Positions 11,001-22,200 of a DNA stretch of 64,000 bases are shown here, one piece after another. The stretch comes from Raillietiella orientalis. Taxonomy: Eukaryota. A model generated the notes under the pieces. That model ran no database searches, was not told where the DNA came from, and saw only the letters and a list, made by a program, of their open reading frames with translations. The position numbers and the translations under genes were made by a program. The stretch spans positions 2,108,001 through 2,172,000 of the forward strand of contig JAYWIR010000019.1 in assembly GCA_036172245.1 (NCBI GenBank). The letters are read 5' to 3'. How positions within the stretch are numbered: position 1 is the stretch's first letter; each line of letters begins with the position of its first letter.

Positions 11001-14000
11001 CACAAGGGCGCCCTTGTGCCCCCGTTGTAAATGCGTTCTTTCCTCAAAGTATGAGACGGAAGTTTTTGGAACGATGATCACATGAAGTAGTCTATCGAAC
11101 TATATTTTTTTTTTTTTTTTTATTTACTGTTTCTTTGAAAACCCTCATCTGTGTCTTCCTTTATGTCTGTTTCTGATTACAGCTGAAAGGCGCGTGCAGA
11201 TGAATTTCTGATCTTCCGGTGACGGACATGGTGTTGAACGTAACCGAGAAGAAATCCAATGACGTCATACGAGCACCTGATGAAGTCCTACGAGTTTCGC
11301 ATCCAAGACTTGGCTCGAGGAGAGCTGCAAGAGTTCCAGCGCTAACAAGGGAGTCAGTATTCTTGAAAGACCTCACCTTTAGCCGGTGACCACCGTACTG
11401 TTCCGCAGGGAGACAGGAAGGCACTTCGTGATGGCAAATTCGGTGGAGTGGGTTCATCTGTTTCGATCTAGCGGGTGATTCGCATTCCTCCCCGATGGAT
11501 CCTAAAGCAGCACAAGCCCTGAGAGTGATCAGTTGAGCAAGCCTTAAGACTTTCTCGGTGCTTTCCTCAGGCAGTTTCTGTACCCCACCATGCCGGTATT
11601 GCGGTTTTCCATCGGAAGTTGACAAATTCCATTAACAAATCAAGAGTCAAAGAGTTCGTGTTTGTCGAATTCGAACTCGACTGCTGATGGGAACCACTCC
11701 AGTTTCAGCAACATGAAAACGTTCAGTGAGCTCTGCAACACTTGAATAGTCTGAGCCTGTCTTCGATTCGGAGCAGTATCTCACATGATGATGATCTGTC
11801 CATCGCAGGTTCCGTCTGGAACTCCCTAAGAACAGGGAAGGCGGATCGACTATTAACGCGCACGCTCTCCTCGATCCCTGTGACATTCCTCTGGGATGTT
11901 TTCTGCGACGTACAGTTACCCTCGTTTCAGGGGAGCAATTTACGTGGCGGGAAGCAAGAAATTCCGGGAAGGAGAATCGAAAAGATTCTGAAACCAAGGA
12001 CTCGGCGGAACTTGAGAATTTCGACTTGAAGCAAATCGGAGCAGTGGATTTGATTTCTCTTAGTCTGTCTTCTCAACCAAATACCAAACGATTCCCGCGT
12101 TTGTAAAATCAGTGTTCTCGATGGTCACGTTCCACCATCTGATCTGCATGATCAGAAGATCATGACTGCATGATCAGAAGTTGAAAGAAGCGTTTCAGGT
12201 TTTTTCTCATTGGACGTTGCTCCTTGTCCGTTTTTTTGGTTAGAGGATGCACCCCGAGTAAGAGGTGGGACTCAGTAGCTTGCGATTTCGGTGTTTATTA
12301 TTTATCTCTAATGAGGAGTTTCCGCCGTTTGAGCTTGCCTAAATTTTGCTGCAGCTCGACTCTAGACAGGATGAAAAATGAAGTTGAAATCGTTAATGAG
12401 AGGGTCGTTGTTTACCGTTTACACTTTCACTTTTCTGAAGGTGTGTGTGATCTGCGTGTGCTTGCCTGACTTCCGACTCATAGGAGCAGCATCTTAGAGT
12501 GAACTCTTGCAACCAGTCATATCCATCAAACGTGACATGTTTTCTCTTTCTTTTTCATGTTTTCTCTGTTTCCGTGCTGCTGCTGCAGCTCAGAGAGGAA
12601 TCCCGAACCTTGGAAACGAATCCTGGACTCAGACCCCTGATCATATAACAGCTACATAAGAAAAATCATCCAGAGAGTGACTGCAGGCTCCTTGTTTCGT
12701 TGACCGTGGGTCGCCCAAGTGAGATCGAGGTCTCGAACGGAGCGGATTGTGCTTCTTGCTTTTTTTTTTCTTGAAGTTCACGTTTAGCTGGAGCACCGCT
12801 TATTGGGCTGTGGGACGCTTGGATCTCGGAGTTTACCCAAGGATTATTCGATTTGCTCCCAAGACCTCAATACGCCATCGAAGACGAATGGTGCTACTTT
12901 GGAAAGCGAGGTATTGTAGGTTCCCTTGGAAAGATTGCAATTCCAGTGACTTCTGTGTCCCTGATGAAATCATTGAACTTGAGAATCTGGCGACCGCGGG
13001 CTGTTTTTTTTTTTTTTTTCTGGTTTTTGTTAGCGTGTGTGGTTGCTGCTCTGCTAAGGATGGCCGTTTCGGAGTAAGGCGGCGGCAGACTCCCCAGCTT
13101 TGCGGAGTTTCCCTGGGACGAGGCGAGGGTCAACTGACTCGAGAAGACAGCCAACTGGAACCAAGCTCTTGAGAATGCTTCAGCTGATGTCATGTTGCTC
13201 TATTAAAGATCGTTCCACTTTATTATTAGCATCTCTTCCTGGACAAATGGGTTCTTCTTACCATGGCGGCGACAGAGTTTGTGACTGCGATGTTTGCCTA
13301 AGGAGAACCATGTTTGCCCTCTCACTTCAACGTCGCTTCCTCTTTCGGTAGAAACGGAACAGGTTTTTTGTTCATCTGACTGAAAACTGACGTCAGCACC
13401 CTCCTTATGTCAGTTTCCTGTTCTATCATAATGCCACGGGCTGGACTAGCCTCAGGTTAATTTATTTAGAGCCATGGAGAGTCTTCGGTTCGCACAGCTT
13501 CATTACTCACAAATCAAAGCATTCCTATTTTATTTTAAACTACACAGATGTGGTGAGCATGAAGTGTACATGAAGACGAGAAAGTAGATGTGTATGGAAA
13601 CTATATATGATTTACAGTTCAGATTAAAAAAAAAAAAAAATGATCTGAAAGGCAAATCCCAAGCCAGGATCAGTTGAGTAGGGCATCAGGGTCTTCATCA
13701 CTATTGAAGATGAGCTCATTTCATTTTTGGGAAATGAGGGTTGTCTCATAAACCAGAATGGAAGATACGTCATTAATCTGTCAGCTCTATTTCAGTTTAA
13801 ACGAATCTTTTTTGGTTCTAATATTTGGCCGTAACAAAAATTCAAACGCCCTGCGTCCAACGAAGGCAGAGGTGGAAAATCAGACCATCGATTGGCCACA
13901 AAACAAAATTCCTTTCCATTTTCTTTCAGCAGTCATCATCTGGCGAGGCAACTTGGTCGCATTCCAATTAGGCAGTTCCTGCATTCGAAGAGGAAGTCCG

Positions 14001-14035
14001 AGAATCGGTTACGGAAGAGTACGGAAGAGTAGATG

Positions 14036-14496
14036 AGAAATTTAATGAATCTGAGCTAATGGCTCTAGTAAATTTACTCCAGCGAATTTCTTAGTGGAAA
14101 TAAATAAACCTTCACTACTATATAAAAATAACTAACCAATCCAACACTTGGAAAATAAAACTCGAAATCTCTACCCAACCCTAATTACATCTTCCTCACA
14201 TGAAACAATTGCTATAACCCACACATAAACTCTAACGAATAACCCATTCCTTGAGCACTCTGTGAAGAGGCGACGACTCGGAGGGACCCCCGCAACAGGG
14301 GGGGTCCGCTCCTTTGAACAACTGGAGAGGTGTCCGTGAGGGCTCCTGCTCCGTCTTGAAACCGGAGGGGTCCCCCAGTGGGGGGGGGGGTCCGCTCTCC
14401 GTTGCACGACCCATTCCTTATCCAACCACATCCTCCAACACACATCAGAGTAAAACATATAACTATCGACTTGTTCTCCAAATAAATCCATAACCG
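14036..14496 (-). pseudogene. nad5: NUMT: probable nad5 3' fragment plus degenerate mt-tRNA remnant, inverted relative to the adjacent fragment
   Basis: Mirror skew (6 G vs 43 C on + in 14101-14250). Minus strand reads SMWL...*GWVE, like the ND5 C-terminal SMWF...DQGW.E. A D-armless trnS1-like fold (GAAATTT/GAATTTC acceptor stem) lies on + at ~14036-14092. Confidence 0.6.
14242..14419. mobile_element. 156-bp GC-rich double-hairpin insertion with 11-bp target-site duplication
   Basis: ACCCATTCCTT at 14242-14252 and 14409-14419 flanks a GC-rich segment that interrupts the AT-rich NUMT. Confidence 0.75.
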
Positions 14497-14509
14497 AATG
14501 CTATTATAG

Positions 14510-14830
14510 CATTTTATAATTACTATTCCTTTTAGTGACGACTATTTTGGGTTGAGATGGATTGGGTATTATTTCTTATTGTTTGGTTATCTTTTATATG
14601 AATCGTAGTTCTGATTTTAAGTAATCGTGTTGGGGATAGGATTTTGTTGATGGGTATTGGGTGGTTGTTGATAGGGGGTACTTGAGTTCTTGAGAGATTG
14701 TATATTAATGGCTGATATTTTTGGGTAATAATATTAATGAGGATGACTAAGAGTGCACAGCTACCTTTTAGTGCGCGGTTACCTTAGGCTATGTATGGCA
14801 GCACCTACGGCAGGTTCAGCTTTGGGTTTA
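14510..14830 (+). pseudogene. nad5: NUMT: internal fragment of mitochondrial nad5
   Basis: In the invertebrate mitochondrial code it reads ILGWDGLGIISYCLVIFYMN / ILSNRVGD...MTKSAQLPFSARLP*AM / MAAPTAGSAL, matching ND5 motifs GWDGLG, SNRVGD and TKSAQLPFS.WLP.AMAAPTPVSAL. TGA falls at a Trp position; frameshifts and a stop are present; strong G/T skew (47 G vs 7 C in 14551-14700). Confidence 0.9.
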
Positions 14831-14897
14831 AATTTAATGCATTTGCATTCCTTCATGGCAACTTCCGCTTATGAGACTCTTTTAAGCTCGCATTCCA

Positions 14898-14936
14898 TGT
14901 TTGTTTGTTTGTTTGTTTGTTTGTTTGTTTGTTTGT
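14898..14936. repeat. (TGTT)n microsatellite
   Basis: Directly visible, ~9-10 units. Confidence 0.95.
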
Positions 14937-16291
14937 CTTTTGAGAGAATCACCGGATGCAATGCTCAAGAGAACCTTCCTTCGAACGAGTGACTCAAAAC
15001 TGCAAGTCAATGACTCCTTTATTCTATCATTCATTGACTACTTTAAGCAAAGTGCTTGGGAAAAATCAGAGTGTGTGCGAATCTGTATCTCGGAGATTTT
15101 TCGAAACGGTTATTTGGTACATTACGATGTAGGGATGCTGCAGGGAAGATGGGACCTTCTGGGTATTGACGTGTGTGTGTGGTGTTTCCATAGTATTTAC
15201 GCACAAAATTAGAACGGTGTCAAGGTTGCTCCACTCGGTTCCTTTTTGCCCACGATGCGAGCGGAATAGGTTAGGAGAATATTGAATAGTTTCACCCTGT
15301 TGGGAATTTGGGAAAAGAATTCAGGAAGGGAGGGGGGGAGGGGAGGGTTGGAAAAAAAAAAAAAAAAAAAAGAGAGAAAAACTCCACACTTCCTTGACAT
15401 TATTTTTGACCTGTCAACTGCAAATCTCCTTGCGGATACATCTTCAAAGGTTCATTGCAAAACATTGAGTGCGATGTGAATTCGCATGTTTATTTTGTTT
15501 TTGTTTTTATAATTCTGCAACTTTCGTTTGCCCCACTCTTGCCGTCTTGAGTTCTCAAAATTCGTTTGCCTTCGACCAGCTCGGAGTTCGATCCAACTCG
15601 TTAACCTTATCAGCAAAGCTTTTGAAAGATCCTCACGTGCTTTCCGAATAGCGTGGACGTGCCGCGGATCATCCATAATGTATTTTTATTTTTATTTATT
15701 TATTATAATTATAATTATTATTTTTTTTGGGGGGGGGGGGAGAATCCAGTGATTTGGAAAAAAAAAAAAACACCGAGCTCGGGGAGGGGTGGACAGAAGT
15801 GGACTTTCCCCCGTAGGGCGAGGCACACCACCTACGAGCATCCAGAACGAATGCACGCGACGAATTGGTACGGATAACACGCATCTTTTTTTTTTTTTTC
15901 CTGCAGGGAAACGGATAGGCGCTCTCTGCAGACACTTTTCCGTTTGACACCGACAGGAGATGCATCTGACCACGTTGAATAGCAGAGAATTTTCGTTTCG
16001 GAGAGGAATGAGTCACGCACTGCAATTCGATCCCAATAGATGTCAGAAACTTGGATGGAGCACCCGACGATCCGCCAGCAGGGCAGCAGCCGCAGCAGCA
16101 GTCCTTGCGACTCCATTTGTGTGGAACCGTTGCAAGTGCGGTGAGCGGAGGGAGGCTGCGCGTGAATTCGTGGCTTGCAGTGTGTCTCTCCCGATTGAAA
16201 TTCGACAGATGTTCGCCGAGCAGCTCCTCTGAAACGTTTCGCAAGAAAGAATTTCCGATCCGTGAATTTCCGATTCCTTCGATGAGAGAAA

Positions 16292-19200
16292 ATGACTGAC
16301 ATGATTGCGAACAACATGGATGGGTACATGGAGCAGGAAGAAGAATGGGAACGAGAAGATCTACTTGATCCCGCTTGGGAGAAGCAGCAAAAAAAGGTCG
16401 ATTCTTCGTTCTTCTCCTCCCGTGCGAGTGATGCGAGCCTGTTTGAAAGTTTTGTGGCGTGCTTGGCTCAACGGCGCGGGGGAGAGACGAGTGGAACACG
16501 TCGGGAGTAGGGACGCCCGGAACACGGGCATGTCGGGATTGCCTGTTGTTTGGTGACCCCGCTTCGCGCCGCCGGCGTTTTACACATTTGAATGGAATTT
16601 TCAAAGTCGAGAAGAGTTGTGCACGAACCGGGAAGCGTGGTGTTTCCTTAGGATGCTGAGCGTACGAATCGAATCTTGCAGAGAGAGGTTATTATCTCTG
16701 CAAGAATGCAGTTTTCGGTGTGCAGGTATGGGTGCACGTATGCATGAACTCTCGTGTGGATGTAATTGCTCCCGATTTGGGGTGGGAGGGTGGGGGCTTC
16801 GGAATGAAATGGTTATGCACGTCCGTTTGAAACGTTAATTCATGGTTATAGAATTATAACCGCGTGTTTTCTGGAGATCCATAAATAATGAGAGAGGTGC
16901 TCCGTTGGTAGCAGCGTAAATTCCTTCGTTAAGCGTATTCAGGTAATCCATATGTTGGAAACCATGGGAAGAATGAACGAAGCACTTGTATAGGAATAAA
17001 GAACGCATGGGATTGTGGATACATCTTGTTGAAAATACCTCTTCAAAATTGCTTATGGCCGTGTGAGAGGTTATCGTAGATTACACTTATGTGGGAAACG
17101 CTTTAGTTGCATTCGGCGATCGGTAATTTGTTTTCACGGTAGTTTTTTTTTTTTTTTGTTTGTTTTTGCAGTCTTACGTACCGAAGTTCTCTAAAGTTGC
17201 TGATTTTCCGTTGTGATGAAGATTCGTTCATGCGTACGGTAGAAAGATTCGTGACACTTGGTCACCCTGTAATAAAATAAAAGCAAACATTCCATTTCGA
17301 ATTTAACTTTGGTTGTGGGCTGCTTGCAACAAATTGATAGCTTCTTTTGTGTTTGTTTTTGTTTTTTTTTTTAGTTTTTTTCTTGTTTTCCCGAACAATC
17401 AGAATGCCAAGAATCAGTAACCGTTTCTAAAACCGATGATTTAGAAACATTCAGCTTTTAGTTCTTCAGTTTGAATGCTTCAAAAAAACATTTCACTTTT
17501 CGTTTCGTAAAATGTGATGGTTTCCATACCTTCTTTTTTTGCGTACAAAAGTGTAAAAATTCGAGCTATATCATTTGTAGATTGAATATCATGCTAATAA
17601 TAGACCTGTTCAATAGAGTTTATAAATATACTGACGTAAAAAACCTTCCCTTTCCCCCCCTTGATTTTATACAAATTAAAATGTTTACTCCAGTTTAACA
17701 GGAAGATCCATCTCGAAATTCCAAATAAAACTGTAAGTTTGCCATGGATGCGTTACTTTACGTGTGATATAAAAGTATCAGATCCAAATACAGTGCTGAA
17801 TATTTTGCAATGGAATCAGTGATGCCACTGACTGGGAGCTGTTAATTGGCTTCCAAGTTCGAAAAGCTCCATGGATGTAACTGTGGCTGTGGTACTTTGA
17901 AAATTTCAAGAACGAACATTTGGTACCAACCAATGAGTACTAGAAAATGGGGAAAGTAGTCGTATAAAGAAATGCTGGAACGTGCCTTTGAGATTTCGAG
18001 GAATTCTTGTATGATCCTGTAAGCGTTAGATGATTATCCAAACAAACATAAGCATACATTATTTACAGGAAAATTTGTACTCATAAAAGAATGTATATTC
18101 GATAGATAGTTCCAGTTGTCATAGTCTTTCATTCTTACAAACAATTATTTGAAACTGAAGAAAGAATGCTTTTAATGCTGCATGAAAATATGAAAATATT
18201 CAGCAAACATTAAATGTCCGTTTACTTTGTGCAAATTTTTTGCTTTTGCAACACGCATTTTTATGCCAAGTAGCTTTAAAGTAAAGGTAGTACCACCTAC
18301 CCACTTATTCATGCTTCCCGAGAGCTGATAATTTCGAGCAGTTTATCTGTGTTGAATATTTATTACTTAATTACGTTCTGCCGTAGTTAGCTTAATTGTT
18401 TTCGTGAGAATTCCTCAGAGTCATTAAGGGAAGTTGATTGATTCGAAATTTTTCTGCCAAATCTGATTAATTGGAATAATGCATCTTGCAAGTAAAGTTA
18501 ACCAAAGATTATAATGTTGACATGCATACTCAGAGCTGCTAATGGAGGATTTGGTATTTGTATTTCAGTGTCTGTGTTTTGTGGTAGAAAATGGCGTTTG
18601 CGTATAACACAAGTTCCCGAATTATTATCAAATATAAAAACAGTTTCTCTGTAAACTTCTTGATTCTCGGCCTTGCATTGCTTTTTCTCATGCAAGGGAC
18701 GCTAATCGTAAACAGCTGTACATTAGGAAAATTTGTTTCTTACTGTGCAAAGGAATTTCTTCATGGTTTTCTTTTTAAATCGTCGTTTGATATATTTCAT
18801 TCTCGGTAAACAGAATCCTTTCGTGTTCCAAAGTATCCAAAGATCGGGAACTTTGCTACTCTAAGGCAAAACTATTTGGAAGTTCACAGTTAATAATAGT
18901 TGGCCCTCGATAAGCTGGACTTTCAAATAACACTTGTCCATTCCCTATTTTATTTTTTTTTATTTTTTTTACATGTGTACGTTTCGTTTAATAATAGTGA
19001 ATATTTCTCATAAGCGTAGCAGTCCTTGGTTCCATTCCTTTTAACGTTCAAAATGATTTGTTTGTTTCCTCGGGTAATTTTATGTTTTGTGTGTACACGA
19101 CTTTCAAGGAACAAAGCTTCTGAGCTTAATTTAGTGAGATGGAGTCAGCTAATTCCACTTGGCCAGTGTTCGTGTTCTCGTGCGATTCCCAACAGATCGA

Positions 19201-22200
19201 AACACTTAATTGTAACAAGTCCGATTACCAGTAGTTTTTTTTTTTATTAGAGGAATGAATCAAAGACATGCAAATGTCTCTGTCGTGAAGGTGGAAAACT
19301 TAGCGCTTTGTAGCTAATCAGTCGTAAAAAAAAAATCATAATCCTAAAAAATCTCGAGCTTCGTAAGTTTTAGCTTTTTTGATGTGCACTTGGATTCAAA
19401 GAGTGCATTCAGATTTGTTTCAGGAAATGTATGTTCATGTCGGGGATTTAGAGAAAAAGAGTTTAGTAGTTTCTGATGTTTGTAGAAATTCTATTGACAT
19501 ATTTCAGCATTCGCATAGGTGTTTCTTGATCGGCTCGGTTTTAAGTTCGTAAAAGTTGAAAAATGCATGCTAATTCAGGAAATTTGATTGCTATAGATAT
19601 CTACTTCATCTAATAATATAATTGGACGAATGTCAAATCTTCAATTCACATGGTGTAGAAGTTTTGCTGCCAACTTTAAAAATACATTCTGGTTATGAAA
19701 TAAGATTGCACCAAATTAAAAATCCCAATTTGCCCTTATTTTTGAAAGTCTTCGAGAGCAGTTTAGTGACGAGAATGTTTTGGCAAATGAAGCACGTAAT
19801 AACAGATATTTTTTTACATCGTGATGTACAGTTTCAGTGAAGAAACACTCTCCAATGTCCTTCAAAGAATTGTGTTCTTTTCGTTTGTGTGTTCGTTGCA
19901 TGGGCTACGCACAGAGCAGGCATTCCAAGTGCGTGATAGCAGTTTCAGAAGATTCAGCTTCAACGTCTTTCTTCTTCTTTAGAGAATTCCTCTATCTAGC
20001 CGTTGCACTGCACGAATTGTAACCCACATTACAGTCGTACACACGTATTTTTTATCATGTGAATATGTATTACATTACAGTCAATATCTAACTTGGCGCA
20101 ATGACGTGGGTAATCGCGGAATTGTACACATGACTGTTTTGTATATATCTAAATAGGGCATTACAGTATGTGTGATCCAGTCATATATATATATATGTAT
20201 ATGTATCAGATTTTGTTTTTGTTTTTTTACACATTTCGTCAGAACTGTCAATTGTTTCTTTTTAATTAATGTACCTATTTAGACTTTCCTAATTGAAATT
20301 CCTGAATTTAGGATTGTAAACAGCTGAACGCAAACACGAGAGTCATTATTTGTTTTCATTTTGTTTGAAATGAATACATACGTCTCCGTGATCTGTTATA
20401 ACCAATGCAAATTATGTATTAACTGCTCTTCATTAATGTCACGAAACTAAATAGTTGCGTTTGCCGGCAAATGTGGTCATCAGTCGGCAAAGGAATTTTC
20501 TGGTGCTCGTCTCGTTCTTCACACAACATCGTCCGTGGTTTCAGTGTCCTTTTTGATAAAGGAATCCATGAGATTTCCAAAGGATTCATGTTGGGATGGA
20601 AGTGTACGTTCATCGCCATGTCGGCTGCCAGGAGTTTCTCGGATTACTCTGCAGTATCATTCTGACTAAGGAAAATGGAAGCGTTGAATGAAAAATTCGA
20701 AGAGATCACGGCTAAAAGAAGTTCAGGGTGTCTCTCGCCCTGTGTTATGTACATGGCTTGTTTTGTTGGACAAAGGCATTTCCTGTATTATGAAAATAGC
20801 TCCATAATATACATTGCATTGCGAAAGAAAAAGATGATTAAGTGGATTTATGAGTACACATTGAATGTCTTAAAAAGTCTTTCCACAAAAAAAATAAAAT
20901 TGGATCACCCGGAACAATGGGTGTTTCTGTTAGTTAATGAGATGCAACAAACAAGGAGCCCCTCACCATATTAGCACGATTGTCGAACAATCTCTCATGT
21001 GAGACAAAACTCCCTTGTCAGTGACCATCAGAAAGAAAAAGGAAAGGCACAGTAAATATTTCAGGAATCAATTTATAATGGATTAGCTTCATAGTAGGTA
21101 CGTATTAAGCCAATCGCGTAGCATTATCATACAAACAAAAACAAAGGGCCATCGTATAATCAAGCCAGTACAGGGTTATGCATTTATTTAAATCAACTTT
21201 CGGCAAGATAGCCAGTGACATTCATAAATAGCAATCTCATTAAATTTCATTTTTCCAGACATTCACAGCATGGTGCAATTCCCACTTGAGGAAAGCAGGC
21301 ACAAGCATAGAGAACATTGAAGAGGATTTTTGCAATGGCCTCAAATTGATGCTCCTATTGGAAGTAATATCAGGGGAAACTCTCCCCAAGCCAGATCGCG
21401 GCAAAATGAGATTTCATAAAATCGCCAATGTAAACAAAGCTCTAGATTTCATTGCTAGTAAGGGAGTGAAATTGGTCTCCATTGGTGCAGAAGGTAGATC
21501 CACGGAATGTATTGACTTATATTTGAAAAATCTTAGAAATCGTCGATGGAAATTTAAAGATGACTCTGGGAATGATATGGACCATCATTCTAAGATTTGC
21601 CATTCAAGATATTTCAGTTGAAGAAATGACAGCAAAAGAAGGTTTGTTGTTGTGGTGCCAGAGAAAAACTGCCCCCTACAAGAATGTAAATGTTCAAAAC
21701 TTTCATTTGAGGTTTGTGCATTTTGGAATTTCTCTTTGTAACTTGTATCATGCAGCTTTAAAGATGGGTTAGCATTCTGTGCTCTGATACACAGACATCG
21801 CCCTGAACTTATTGATTATGATAAGCTGTCAAAGGTGAGAGAATATTTTTGTCATTAAATACGTTGATGTGCTTTTACTAGGATAATCCTCTCATGAATT
21901 TGACTACCGCATTTGATGTAGCAGATAAATATCTAAACATCCCCAAAATGTTGGATCCTGAAGGTAAGAAAAGATTTAGTATGGATAAAAGCAAGAGTGG
22001 TAGAATGTGTCAGTGAATAATTTCATTTTGGTTGAGGAATTATTAAGGACAGGGCATTTGTATCTTTTTGACTTTTGCTTCAGACTTGATCACCCCATTC
22101 AAACCTGATGAACGAGCAATCATGACTTATGTGTCATGTTATTATCATGCCTTTCAGGGGGCACACCAGGTAATCTTGTATGACCCCTGTCCAGTGCTTA

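Noticed and set aside
12138..12180. CTGCATGATCAGAAG duplicated, with a small hairpin
   Set aside because: Two-copy local slippage duplication with no array structure; not CRISPR-like.
14105..14610. Apparent degenerate inverted repeat between the A/C-rich and G/T-rich arms
   Set aside because: Explained by mirror composition of two different mitochondrial fragments on opposite strands.
16009..16015. AP-1 site TGAGTCA upstream of actinin, tempting given the neighbouring JNK-pathway kinase
   Set aside because: A single 7-mer is expected several times by chance in 64 kb.
1..16200. Numerous 60-190 aa ORFs in the left flank
   Set aside because: They overlap in all frames and show no host-protein motifs or coherent splice model; expected in GC-rich TE debris.
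15696..16604. 302-aa antisense ORF over actinin exon 1
   Set aside because: No recognisable domain, runs through homopolymers, typical of a GC-rich promoter.
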